NCBI RefSeq assembly: GCF_900115955.1
Contig: NZ_FOYL01000019.1
Location: 1 to 64,000 of the forward strand
DNA: 64,000 nt
From: Lentzea waywayandensis
Lineage (GTDB): Bacteria > Actinomycetota > Actinomycetes > Mycobacteriales > Pseudonocardiaceae
Direction: 5' to 3'
Below are positions 46,378 to 55,932 of this stretch, piece by piece; within the stretch, counting starts at the first letter, position 1, and the number at the start of each line of letters is the position of its first letter. The notes under the pieces are model-generated. The model was not told the origin of the DNA. It ran no database searches and saw nothing but the letters and a program-made list of their open reading frames with translations. Position numbers and translations under genes: made by a program.

Positions 46378-46695
46378 GTGTTCTACGTGCCGATCTTCAG
46401 CATCTGGAACCTCGACGGCATCGTGTACTTCTTCGCCGACCTGGGGTTCAGCATCTTCGGCCTGTTCGCGTTCTTCCACGCACTGAGTCAGCGCCCCGAC
46501 GCGTACACCGCGATCGAGCGCATGACCAAGCCCGCCTGGATGGGTATCACCGGCGGCGGGACGGCGGCGTTGCTGCTGTTCGGGCCAGGTGGGGTCGGGT
46601 CGATCTTCTGGCTGGCCGGTCTCATCGCGGTGCTCGTGTACATGGTGGACGTGCGCCCGAAGCTGATCGAGGTCCAGCGCGGCCCTCGTTGGTGA
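46378..46695 (+). CDS. DUF2516-family small membrane protein (Rv0476-like)
   Basis: 105 aa, three TM helices, conserved FFHALSQRPDAYTAIERMTKPAW segment. Confidence 0.65.
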   Translation: MFYVPIFSIWNLDGIVYFFADLGFSIFGLFAFFHALSQRPDAYTAIERMTKPAWMGITGGGTAALLLFGPGGVGSIFWLAGLIAVLVYMVDVRPKLIEVQRGPRW

Positions 46696-47348
46696 TCACC
46701 CACTCGTACGGCTCCGGCTCACCGGTGACCCTGGTCGCCCACGGGCTCGGCGCCACGCCCGGTGAGGCGCGCATCCCCGCCTCCGGGCTGCCCGGCACCC
46801 GTGTCGTGGTGACGCTGCCGTCCCACGGCGACGCCCCCGACGCTCCGGCCGGGTACTGGGACTACGGCCGGATCGCGGCCGATCTGGGCACCGTTGCAGC
46901 CGAACACGCCGTCGGTGTCTCGCTGGGCGCCGGCGCGCTGGTGCGGTTGATGTCCCTCGAACCTGATCGTTTTCAGCGGGTGGCCCTGCTGCTGCCCGCC
47001 GTGCTGGACCAGCCTCGGCCGCCGATCACGTTGCAGCAGCTGTCCGACCTGACCGTCGGACCGCCCATCTACGTCGCCGAGCGGCGGGCCGCGTTGAAAC
47101 GCCTGGAGGCCGCCGCCGAGCAGCTGCCGGGTCAGGTGGCTGTGTCCGACGCCTCGGCTTTGGCCGCCGTGCCGACTCCGGTACTGGTGATCGGAGCGGT
47201 CGGAGACCCGTTGCACCCCGAGGACGTGGCCAAGGCGACGGCCGCGGCGTTTCCCCAGGGTGAGCTGTGGCTGATCGACTCGCCCTCGCCGATGATCACC
47301 CATCGCGCCGAGATCCGGCACCGGTTGGTCTCCTTCTTCGCCGGGTAG
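46692..47348 (+). CDS. alpha/beta-hydrolase-fold protein (Rv0477-like position)
   Basis: GVSLGAG nucleophile-elbow-like motif. GTG start overlapping the upstream stop (GTGA). Confidence 0.55.
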   Translation: MITHSYGSGSPVTLVAHGLGATPGEARIPASGLPGTRVVVTLPSHGDAPDAPAGYWDYGRIAADLGTVAAEHAVGVSLGAGALVRLMSLEPDRFQRVALLLPAVLDQPRPPITLQQLSDLTVGPPIYVAERRAALKRLEAAAEQLPGQVAVSDASALAAVPTPVLVIGAVGDPLHPEDVAKATAAAFPQGELWLIDSPSPMITHRAEIRHRLVSFFAG

Positions 47349-47357
47349 CCGAAGTGC

Positions 47358-47903
47358 ATGGCTGAACAGAAGAAGATCGCGTTCCTCGTCGCCGAAGAGG
47401 GCATCGAGCAGATCGAGCTCACCGATCCGTGGGCGCACGTCGAGAAGGCCGGCGCAGTGCCGCGCCTGATCGCGCCGAAGCTCGGTGAAGTGCGCGGGTT
47501 CAACCACCTCACGCCCGCCGACTCGTTCTCCGTAGACACGACCTTCGCCGACGCGTCCGCCGACGACTACGACGGCGCCGTGATTCCCGGCGGTGTGGCC
47601 AACAGCGACTTCCTGCGCATGGACGACGACGCCGTCGAGCTGGTCCACGCGTTGGTCGCCGCCGGCAAGCCGATCGCGGCGATCTGCCACGGCCCGTGGC
47701 TGCTGGTCGAGGCGAACGTGGTGCGCGGCAAGATGCTGACCTCGTTCCCGAGCCTGCAGACCGACATCCGCAACGCGGGCGGCGACTGGGCCGACGAAGA
47801 GGTCCGGGTGTGCGACATGAACGGGTGGACGCTCGTGACGTCCCGCAATCCCGACGACCTGCCGGCGTTCAACCGGGAAGCCTTGAAAGCTTTCGGCCTG
47901 TAA
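47358..47903 (+). CDS. DJ-1/PfpI-family protein
   Basis: AICHGPWLL nucleophile-elbow Cys motif. Typical 181-aa size. Confidence 0.85.
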   Translation: MAEQKKIAFLVAEEGIEQIELTDPWAHVEKAGAVPRLIAPKLGEVRGFNHLTPADSFSVDTTFADASADDYDGAVIPGGVANSDFLRMDDDAVELVHALVAAGKPIAAICHGPWLLVEANVVRGKMLTSFPSLQTDIRNAGGDWADEEVRVCDMNGWTLVTSRNPDDLPAFNREALKAFGL

Positions 47904-47962
47904 AGGGAGGGCGGGATCTGCAGCTCCCGCTGTGCCTTTCTCCCAGAAAAGCAAATCAGGTA

Positions 47963-48721
47963 TTACAACCGCGTCTCGGCGTAGTGCTTCATGGCGTCAC
48001 GAGTCCACTCGGCCATGTTGCCGCCGCCGTCGACCTCGAAGTTGACCCGGAACTCGTCCGAGTCGACGTAGAGGTCGCCGAGTCCCTGGTAGGACTCCCG
48101 GTTGGGCGTCCAGCTCAGGCAGATCCAGCGGTAGTGGCGGTCGATCAGCTCCTGCGTCTCCGGAGCGTCGATCGCCGTGCCCGCCGTGTACAGGACACCG
48201 AGCTTCTGCGCGATCTCCTGCCACTGGGCCATGAACTGGTCCGCGTCGGCACGCGTCCAGCCCTTCATCTTCTTGCGGCTCTCGGCGATGTGCTCACGGG
48301 CACCCTCGCCGTAGCGCTCGACGAGCTCGGCCTCGTGCCGTTCCTGCTTCTTCGCGTCGAAGCCGTCGAACAGCTCTTCCATCTTCACTTCGTCCCCTCC
48401 TTCCAGTTCTTCGATCGTTCGCGCGACGGTGTGGGCGAGCCGGTCCAGCCGTTGTTGCTCGTCCCGCAGCCACCGGTGGTGGTTGCGCAGGACCGTCAGC
48501 TGGTTCGTGCCGTCCAGCACCTTCGCCACCACGTCGAGGCCCAGACCCAGGTCGCGCAGCAGCAGGATCTGCTGAAGGCGGTGCACCTGTTCCTTCTCGT
48601 AGTAGCGGTAACCGTTGTCGCCGATCCAGGCCGGCGGCAGCAGCCCGATCGAGTCGTAGTGCCGCAGCGTCCTGGACGTCACCTTCGACATCCGGGCCAC
48701 CTGGGCGATCGACCAGGCCAT
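47963..48721 (-). CDS. MerR-family regulator, TipAL-like (MerR HTH + TipAS-type C-terminal domain)
   Basis: MAWSIAQVARMSKVTSRTLRHYDSIGLL MerR HTH, followed by a TipAS-like domain. Confidence 0.8.
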   Translation of the reverse strand: MAWSIAQVARMSKVTSRTLRHYDSIGLLPPAWIGDNGYRYYEKEQVHRLQQILLLRDLGLGLDVVAKVLDGTNQLTVLRNHHRWLRDEQQRLDRLAHTVARTIEELEGGDEVKMEELFDGFDAKKQERHEAELVERYGEGAREHIAESRKKMKGWTRADADQFMAQWQEIAQKLGVLYTAGTAIDAPETQELIDRHYRWICLSWTPNRESYQGLGDLYVDSDEFRVNFEVDGGGNMAEWTRDAMKHYAETRL

Positions 48722-48841
48722 TTCGGTTCCCCCTTCGCGCTCTCCCAAGACGTTAAAGGTTGACGCAACGTCAAAGTCAACGCGACTTTTCATTGCACGC
48801 GGGGACCTTTCGTACTCTCAGGCAGTACGCGGGGGCCCTGC

Positions 48842-49423
48842 GTGCGAAAGAAGCCAGGGGGACGGGCTGGCAGGATGGGCGGCGTGTGGACCATCGCCGG
48901 GTCTCTCGAACCCGTACCTGTGCTGTCTCGCCTCGACCTCGTTCCGGAACCGGTCGCGCTCGCGCTGAAGACCCTGGACGGCGCTGACCGTGTCGCCGTG
49001 GCCGAGATCGACCCGACCCTCGCCGACACCGCCGAGTTCTGCGCGCACTACGGCTCGCCGCTGGAAGCCTCGGCGAACTGCGTGGTCGTCGCGGGCAAAC
49101 GCGGCGAGGTCGTCCGTTATGCGGCCTGCATGGTGCTGGCGACCATGCGCGCGGACGTGAACGGCGTCATCCGCAAGCGGCTCGACGCGCGCAAGGCGTC
49201 GTTCGCGCCGATGGACGAGGCCGTGGCGTTGACCGGCATGGAGTACGGCGGCATCACGCCCGTCGGCGTGCCCGCGGACTGGCCGATCCTCGTCTCGCCG
49301 GAGGTGGCCGCCGCCCCCGAACTGATCGTGGGCAGCGGCATCCGGGGCAGCAAGATCCTCATCCCCGGCGACGTGCTGATGAAGCTCACCGGGGCCGAGA
49401 TCCTTCCCGATCTGGCGCGCTAG
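48842..49423 (+). CDS. YbaK/ProX-type aminoacyl-tRNA deacylase domain protein
   Basis: YbaK-like segments (ANCVVVAGKRGEVVRYAACMVLATMRADVNGVIRKRL...MEYGGITPVG). Start uncertain. Confidence 0.6.
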   Translation: MRKKPGGRAGRMGGVWTIAGSLEPVPVLSRLDLVPEPVALALKTLDGADRVAVAEIDPTLADTAEFCAHYGSPLEASANCVVVAGKRGEVVRYAACMVLATMRADVNGVIRKRLDARKASFAPMDEAVALTGMEYGGITPVGVPADWPILVSPEVAAAPELIVGSGIRGSKILIPGDVLMKLTGAEILPDLAR

Positions 49424-52400
49424 CAACCGGAGGCGCACAGCCGGGTGATCACCTGGTCCGGGTCGAGGTTCCACCTGATCACCCGCGGGTCCGGGCCGGA
49501 CGACGTGAGGTCGCCGTCGGAGTCGAACAGCACGGCGTTGACGGGGCCGGTGTGCCCGGTCAGCGTCGCGACCTGCGCGCCGTCGGCGACCTGCCACAAC
49601 GTGATCAGGCTGTCGTTCGCGGCCGCCGCCACGGTCGTGCCGTCCGGGCTGGCGGTGACCGCTCCGATGGCACCTCGGCCGGTGACGAGTGTGCGCGCCC
49701 TGCCGTCGCGGCCCCACAACGCGACCTCCCCGCCCGCGTCGCCCACCACCAGCAGGTCCGAGCCCGGTACGGCGGCGATCGACTTCACCGCGGGGCCGGT
49801 CTCCCGGACGACCTCGACCTGGTCGCCCGCCCACCGCAGCACCCGGCCGTCGGCTCCGCCCGAGATCACGAGGTCGCCGAGCAACGCCACGGTGTTCACC
49901 GGACCCGAGTGGGCCGCGGGCAGCGGCCGGCCGGGTTCCGCGGAGTTCAGGTCCCACACCACGATCGTCGCGTCCACGCCGCTGGTCACCGCGCGTTCGC
50001 CGGACAGGACCAAGCTCTTGATCGCGCCGCGATGCCCCTGCCAGGTGTGCAGGAGCCGGCCGTCGGTCTGCCACGACGAGAGCGCGCCGCGCGTGTCGGC
50101 GACCACGATCTCGGCCGCGGTCCGGAACGCCAGCGCCGTCACGTGCGCGGGCACGTCGATGCGTCCGATCTGCTTGCCCTCGCGGTTCCACAGCAGGACC
50201 ATCCGGTCGCGCCCGCCGGTGGCCAGCACCGCGCCGTCCGGGGAGAGCGCGATGCCGTCCGGCGGACTCGTGTGGCCGGTCAGAGGGGGCAGCGGCAGGC
50301 TCCAGAGGCTCACGCTCTCGTCGCCGCCCGCCGCGAACCAGTTGCCGTCCGGGCTGAGCGCCGCCACGTAGAACGGATGCGTGCGGGTGATCAACCCGGT
50401 CAGCCACCCGCCGTCGGGCACCGTCCACCAGCGGATGCTGCCGTCGTCGCTGGTCGACACGACCTTGGTGCCGGTCGCGTCGAACTGCACCGAGTGCACG
50501 CCGCCGACGTGCCTGCGCAGCCCGGACGTCTTGCCGGTCGCCAGCACCCGCAGCACCACCTGGTGGTCGTCTCCGCCGGATGCGAGCACACGGCCGTCTG
50601 GACTCAACGCAACCGTGCGGACAGCTCCGACGTGATCGGTGAACGTGCGCGCGACGCCGTTCTCCACCACCAACGTGCCCTTCTCGCCACCTGCGGCGAG
50701 CACGGACCCGTTCAACGACAACGCGTGGACCTCACCCAGCTCGTGCAGGATCGTGCCCGTCCGTGTCCACTCATCCGTGCGCCACAAGGAGATCAGGCCG
50801 TCGGCTGTCGCGACTGCGGCGGTCGATCCGTCCGCTGAGAGCACAAGAGCTCGTACTGCGGCGTCGAGAGAGGTGGTCCGCAACGGCAGGTGCGTTCTGG
50901 TGTCCCACAAGGTGATTCGCCGGTCGTCACCCGCGGACACCAGGGTCGTGCCGCCCGGCATGAACGCGAGAGCACGCACGGCGCCGTTGTGCTGCGTCAA
51001 AATCGCCGGTGCGGCAGCGGAAGAGGGCGCCCGCAGCAGCACCGAGTGGTCATCGCCCGCAGTGGCGAACAATGAGCTGTCCGCGCTGAACGCGACCGCG
51101 CGAACCGGCCCGCGATGATCCTTCAACACCGTCCGCGCGGGCTTGTAGGCCGCAGTGCTCAGCAGTGCTCCACGCGCTTCGGCGGTCGCCGACGTGCGAT
51201 AGGCGTCCACGGCGAGTTGCGCGGCCGCGTCCGGCCACGACGCGCTGAGGTCCTGTGCCTGCACCGCGATCTGGCGTGATTCGGCGACCTGCTGTTCTCT
51301 CAGCGCGGCGTTGCCCTGCACGACGGCCACGGACGTCACCACCAGGCACGCCACGGTCAGCACGGCCAGTGACTTCACCAGCGTGCGCAACCGGCGGGAC
51401 TGCCGGTCCGCCGCCTGTCTGGAAGCGCTCTCCTCGTCCACCGCCGCCTGCAGGAACTCGCGTTCCAGGTCGTTGGACGACACCGGCCACTCGATCCGGC
51501 CTGCCAGTTCGCGCATCGCGGCGAGCCGGGCACCCCGGTAGAGCTCGCCGGGATCGCGGCCGGCCGACTGCCACGCGGCGGCGGCGGTGGTGAAGTCGCG
51601 GTGCAGCCGCAACGCCTCCCGGTCGTCGTCGATCCACTGCCGCAATCGGGGCCACGCGCGTACCAGTGCTTCGTGTGCGAGCTCCACAACGCCGTCCGCG
51701 ACGACGATCAGCCGTGCGTTCGCGAGGACGTTCACGACGTGCGCGGTGTCGGTCGGCCGGCCCGCCGCCATCACCTCATCGAGCGGAGCCCGGCGGCGCA
51801 GGTCGTTCACGTCGTCGTGCGTCTGCACGAGCCTGAGCAGCACTGCGCGCGCGACGGCTTGCCCGCGCACGGACAGCTCGGCGTAGGTGCTCTCGGCCGT
51901 GGCGGCGACGGCGCCGGTGACCCCGCCGCTCGCCCGGTAACCGTCGAGGGTCAGCCGGCCGCGTTCGCGTCTTCGCCACGTTTCCAGCAACGCGTGCGAC
52001 AGCAACGGCAGCGCGCCCGACTGCCCGCGCACGTCGGCCATCGCGGCCGCGAGCATGTCCGGCTGCACCTTCAGCCCGGCGCGCATCGCCGGTAGTTCGA
52101 CGGCGGCCCGCAGTTCGTCGTCGGTCATCGGCCCGACCAGCACCTGGGCATCGCGCAACGCGTCCACCAGGGCGGGCACCGTGGCGCAGTGACCGAGGAA
52201 GTCCGCCCGCACGGCGAGCAACACCCGATTGCCGCCGTCGAACAGCGACGCGACGAACGCCTCCCGGTCGACCGCGCTGTCGAAGTGGGTGAACAGCTCC
52301 TCGAACTGGTCGACCACCACGAGATCGGCCTGGCCGCCGCGCCAGGTCGTCGGTGTCGCGGTGAGCACCGTCCAGTCGGTCAGAGCCGGCAGCACCCCGG

Positions 52401-52875
52401 CGTGGATCAACGAGGACTTGCCCGATCCGGACGGCCCGAACACGCCGACGACGCGTTGTCTCCGGATGCGGCCGGCGATGTCGGCGGCGAGGTCGTCCCG
52501 TCCGAAGAACCGGTCCGCGTCCTCGATCCCGAACGCCGTGAGCCCGAGGTACGGCGTCGAGTCGTTCTCGCCCGCGGCGGCTTGACGCCAGCGCTGCTCC
52601 CATTGGGTCACATCGCCTTCGCATGCCTGGACGTACGCGAGCGCCACCGCGAGCGACGGCAGCTGTTCTCCCGCGGCGGCCTGCGAGAGCGCCGTGGCGG
52701 AGTAATGCGCGCGCAGGGCGAGTGTCCGGTAGTTCGGCGAGCCTGCCTTCTCTCTCAGTTGCCGCAGCTCCCAGGCGAATCGCTGGACCGGGCCTTCCTC
52801 GGGATCGATCGGCCGCTCTCGTCTACCCACTCGAACTCCAGTTGATCTGAGTTGATTGAAAAGCGCCTGCGCCAC
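49420..52875 (-). CDS. large STAND protein: N-terminal XRE-type HTH + NB-ARC/NACHT-like NTPase + C-terminal WD40 beta-propeller repeats
   Basis: HTH (LRQLREKAGSPNYRTLALRAHYSATALSQAAAG), Walker A GVFGPSGSGKSSLIHAG, Walker B LVVVDQFEELF, then multiple WD40-like repeats (GHxGxV...D..L...G.D..V.LW). Confidence 0.8.
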   Translation of the reverse strand: MAQALFNQLRSTGVRVGRRERPIDPEEGPVQRFAWELRQLREKAGSPNYRTLALRAHYSATALSQAAAGEQLPSLAVALAYVQACEGDVTQWEQRWRQAAAGENDSTPYLGLTAFGIEDADRFFGRDDLAADIAGRIRRQRVVGVFGPSGSGKSSLIHAGVLPALTDWTVLTATPTTWRGGQADLVVVDQFEELFTHFDSAVDREAFVASLFDGGNRVLLAVRADFLGHCATVPALVDALRDAQVLVGPMTDDELRAAVELPAMRAGLKVQPDMLAAAMADVRGQSGALPLLSHALLETWRRRERGRLTLDGYRASGGVTGAVAATAESTYAELSVRGQAVARAVLLRLVQTHDDVNDLRRRAPLDEVMAAGRPTDTAHVVNVLANARLIVVADGVVELAHEALVRAWPRLRQWIDDDREALRLHRDFTTAAAAWQSAGRDPGELYRGARLAAMRELAGRIEWPVSSNDLEREFLQAAVDEESASRQAADRQSRRLRTLVKSLAVLTVACLVVTSVAVVQGNAALREQQVAESRQIAVQAQDLSASWPDAAAQLAVDAYRTSATAEARGALLSTAAYKPARTVLKDHRGPVRAVAFSADSSLFATAGDDHSVLLRAPSSAAAPAILTQHNGAVRALAFMPGGTTLVSAGDDRRITLWDTRTHLPLRTTSLDAAVRALVLSADGSTAAVATADGLISLWRTDEWTRTGTILHELGEVHALSLNGSVLAAGGEKGTLVVENGVARTFTDHVGAVRTVALSPDGRVLASGGDDHQVVLRVLATGKTSGLRRHVGGVHSVQFDATGTKVVSTSDDGSIRWWTVPDGGWLTGLITRTHPFYVAALSPDGNWFAAGGDESVSLWSLPLPPLTGHTSPPDGIALSPDGAVLATGGRDRMVLLWNREGKQIGRIDVPAHVTALAFRTAAEIVVADTRGALSSWQTDGRLLHTWQGHRGAIKSLVLSGERAVTSGVDATIVVWDLNSAEPGRPLPAAHSGPVNTVALLGDLVISGGADGRVLRWAGDQVEVVRETGPAVKSIAAVPGSDLLVVGDAGGEVALWGRDGRARTLVTGRGAIGAVTASPDGTTVAAAANDSLITLWQVADGAQVATLTGHTGPVNAVLFDSDGDLTSSGPDPRVIRWNLDPDQVITRLCASGC

Positions 52876-52938
52876 TGCCTGATCAACTCAACCCGCTCTA
52901 AACCTGGTGCCGCAACGACTTCGGGCTGAGCAGGAGCG

Positions 52939-54213
52939 ATGATGACCAGACGCTGGCGCACAGCACTTCTAGTGGCGTTGACGGGTGCGCTGAGCGCGGC
53001 GTTGCCCGTGCAGGCACAAGAGGCGGCAGACGACCTAATCCACAGCCGCCCAACGGGTGCGTTCGCATTGACGCCCGATTGGAGTCTCGAGTCCTCGGCG
53101 GCGCAGCTGCAGTCCGCGGTCGGCACCACGACGTCGGTCGCCGCCCTGCTGCGTGACGCGAACCGGGACATCGCGTCCTGCAACAACGCGCAGCAGCAGG
53201 CACTCCCGGAGAACTACGGCCGAACGGACTACCCGCTGACGTCCGGGCAGATCCTGCACAGCAGCGAGAAGTTCTGCTGGGACCCCGGTGACAGCAAGGT
53301 CGACTACTGGATCCCGCAGGGCGTCACCGGTTCGTCGGACGCGGACGACGACGGCCTGTGGGGCGAGAACCGCATTCTGCTGGTCAGCTGGCACTACGAC
53401 GACTCCGCGCCGGACAAGGGCGTGCGCGTCTCGTTCGTCGACATGAAGAACCGCAAGTACCGGCACGTGCTGCTGGTCGAGCCGACCGCGAACGCGAACT
53501 ACAAGGCCGTGCCGATCCACGCCGGCGGGCTCGCCTGGCTCGGCCACTACCTCTACGTGGCCGACACCGACGGCGGCCTGCGCGTGTTCGACGTCGAACG
53601 CCTTCTGGAGGTGTCCGACGCGCAGGACAGCATCGGCAAGAGCGGCAGCAACTACTACGCCTACAACTACAAGTACGTGTTGCCGCAGGTCGGCTGGTAC
53701 CGGCAGTCCGTGCGGACGGACTGCGTGCCGAGCGCTTCCCAGCTGTGCTTCTCGTCGTTGTCGCTGGACCGCAGCACCACGCCGGACACGCTCGTCGTCG
53801 GCGAGTACCGCAACGAGCGCAGCACCGACGCCGCCGTCGACGGTGGCCGCGTGGCCCGCTACCGCGTGGACGCCTCGTCCCGGCAACTCGTGCTCACCAA
53901 CGGCAAAGCCGTGCCGCAGGACGTGGTGACCGTGCCGCGCAGCAACCTCCAGGGCGTGCAGACCTGGGAGGGCCGCTACTACCTCGGTCGCAGCTCGAAC
54001 CGCAACCACAGCTGGATGCACTCGGGCGTCGTGAACGGCGCCACGGACACCCACAGCTGGGCCATCGGTGGCGAGGACCTCTATCACGAGCACGGCCCGG
54101 GAATCACCGCCGGAAAGCTCTGGACGGTCACCGAGCACGCCTGGACCGAGGACGGCAGCACGTTCATCGACCGGCGAGCGATCTTCGCCGTTCCGCTCAG
54201 CGAGATCGGCTGA
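52939..54213 (+). CDS. secreted hypothetical protein (signal peptide, no recognisable domain)
   Basis: MMTRRWRTALLVALTGALSAALPVQAQEA signal peptide. Confidence 0.5.
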   Translation: MMTRRWRTALLVALTGALSAALPVQAQEAADDLIHSRPTGAFALTPDWSLESSAAQLQSAVGTTTSVAALLRDANRDIASCNNAQQQALPENYGRTDYPLTSGQILHSSEKFCWDPGDSKVDYWIPQGVTGSSDADDDGLWGENRILLVSWHYDDSAPDKGVRVSFVDMKNRKYRHVLLVEPTANANYKAVPIHAGGLAWLGHYLYVADTDGGLRVFDVERLLEVSDAQDSIGKSGSNYYAYNYKYVLPQVGWYRQSVRTDCVPSASQLCFSSLSLDRSTTPDTLVVGEYRNERSTDAAVDGGRVARYRVDASSRQLVLTNGKAVPQDVVTVPRSNLQGVQTWEGRYYLGRSSNRNHSWMHSGVVNGATDTHSWAIGGEDLYHEHGPGITAGKLWTVTEHAWTEDGSTFIDRRAIFAVPLSEIG

Positions 54214-54273
54214 GCCCACTCGACTTCCGCCTCGCTTCGAGGCGGGAAACCCTGACGAACTGGAGGAATCTCT

Positions 54274-54738
54274 ATGCGCAAGCTCGTGCTCGCAGTCTCC
54301 ATGGCCTTCCTGGCCGTGATGGGCTCCCTGATGCCCGCGACCGCCTCGGCGGAGGCCACGTCGGTGCAGGCGGTGTCCGAGATCGGCGTGGCGGCCGACG
54401 GCGTCGAGTTCGCCGTCGCCGGCACGCTGCCGCCCCGCTCGCAGCTGACGTGCCACTCCTACACGGCCGTCGAGATCTGCTACGAGAAGGGCGGCGACCA
54501 CTGGTGGGTGCAGGACCAGGACTCCGACGGCGCGTCCGCCGGTGTGTACTGGGAGAACATCCGCAACGGCTCGCTGTACCGCAACGGCACCTGCATCACC
54601 AGCCTCGGCACGGGCAACTGGGGCCAGTGCAACAAGGACTACTACGAGGACAGCGTGCTGAACGGCTTCCCCTGCACCTGGAACCGCAGCACCGGTGGCG
54701 ACATCGTCTGCTCGTCGTCGGGCTACCGCTACCAGTGA
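54274..54738 (+). CDS. small secreted Cys-rich protein (8 Cys)
   Basis: Signal peptide MRKLVLAVSMAFLAVMGSLMPATASA. Eight cysteines in a 128-aa mature region. Confidence 0.5.
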   Translation: MRKLVLAVSMAFLAVMGSLMPATASAEATSVQAVSEIGVAADGVEFAVAGTLPPRSQLTCHSYTAVEICYEKGGDHWWVQDQDSDGASAGVYWENIRNGSLYRNGTCITSLGTGNWGQCNKDYYEDSVLNGFPCTWNRSTGGDIVCSSSGYRYQ

Positions 54739-55806
54739 CTAGGACTGGTACTTCTGCAGTAGTGCGATCGCCTCGTCCACGTCGTCCGTGACGAGGATCC
54801 ACTGCTCGGCCTCCCGGCCCGCCGCGAGCTTCATCACCAGCGGCGCGGCCGGGATCTCGTCCGTCCAGAAGGCCTTGCCCAGGAAGATCATGGGCGCGGC
54901 GGGGCCGACGCTGCCGTAGTAGTTCTGCGTGAAGTCCTGGAAGACCTCCTGGACCGTGCCCGCCTTGCCCGGTGTGTAGACGATGCCGCCGGTCGCGACG
55001 GTCAGCAGGCCCTCCTCGCGCACCGAGTTCGCGAAGTACTTCGCGTGCAGCTCGCAGGCCGGGTTGGGCGGCTCGTGGCCGTAGAACCAGGTCGGGATGC
55101 CGATCGTGCGCGGGGTGTCGAAGCTGCGGATCTCCGGGAACGCCGCGAGCCACCGGCCGATCGACTCGTCGTCGTGGCCGAACGACGGGGCCTGCGCGAT
55201 GGCGTCGAGGACGTCCTGGTCAACCTCGCCGAGCCGCACGCCCAGCGGCACGGCCTCCATAGCGCCCGGTCCGCCGCCGGTCAGCACGGTGAAGCCCGCG
55301 TGGCCCAGTGCGGCGCCCAGTGCTACCGCGTTGCGGTAGCCGTCCGTGCCGCGGGCCAGCGCGTGGCCGCCCATGACCGCGACCGGCGAGCCCGTCAGCG
55401 TCTCGTCGAGGGCCTCGGTGATCGAGTGGTCGTGCAGGCGTTCGGCCAGCGCGTGCAACGGGTCCGGGTGGTGGCCCTGCTGCTTGCTGTGCCGGTAGAT
55501 CTCGGCGTCCGGGGTGTCGGCGTACGACTTGGGGTTCGCCGGGTCGAAGCCCGCGAACAGCTCCTTCGGCGTGTACAGGGACGACCGGTACACCTCGTAG
55601 GGCAGGTCGGGGATGACCGGGAAGATCAACGATCCCGCGGCCTCCGCCCGGCGCTGCATACTCTCGCTGAGGGTGCAGCCGAGCAGCAGCGCGCCGTCCA
55701 ACGGCACCCGCACGTCCTCGCGAGTGAGGTCCAGCCCGATGATGACGGCTTTGCGCAGGTCAGGGGCTGCCCGCAGCTGGTCGAGGTTGGTGATTTCGAT
55801 CCGCAC
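54739..55806 (-). CDS. LOG-family protein (large variant; PGGxGTxxE nucleotide-binding motif)
   Basis: TGGGPGAMEA and VYTPGKAGTVQEVFQ motifs. GTG start chosen (VRIEITNL); the long ORF 54739-56151 extends further upstream. Confidence 0.6.
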   Translation of the reverse strand: MRIEITNLDQLRAAPDLRKAVIIGLDLTREDVRVPLDGALLLGCTLSESMQRRAEAAGSLIFPVIPDLPYEVYRSSLYTPKELFAGFDPANPKSYADTPDAEIYRHSKQQGHHPDPLHALAERLHDHSITEALDETLTGSPVAVMGGHALARGTDGYRNAVALGAALGHAGFTVLTGGGPGAMEAVPLGVRLGEVDQDVLDAIAQAPSFGHDDESIGRWLAAFPEIRSFDTPRTIGIPTWFYGHEPPNPACELHAKYFANSVREEGLLTVATGGIVYTPGKAGTVQEVFQDFTQNYYGSVGPAAPMIFLGKAFWTDEIPAAPLVMKLAAGREAEQWILVTDDVDEAIALLQKYQS

Positions 55807-55932
55807 GAGAAAAAGCCTATGCCCAGGGCGAACCAACGTGGCCTGGAATCCGAATGAGTTATGGGAACTGAGGTCCGCTCGCCATCCCGACGAGCGGCCA
55901 CGGGCCGCGCTGCCCTGGAAAGGTTCCCCGCA

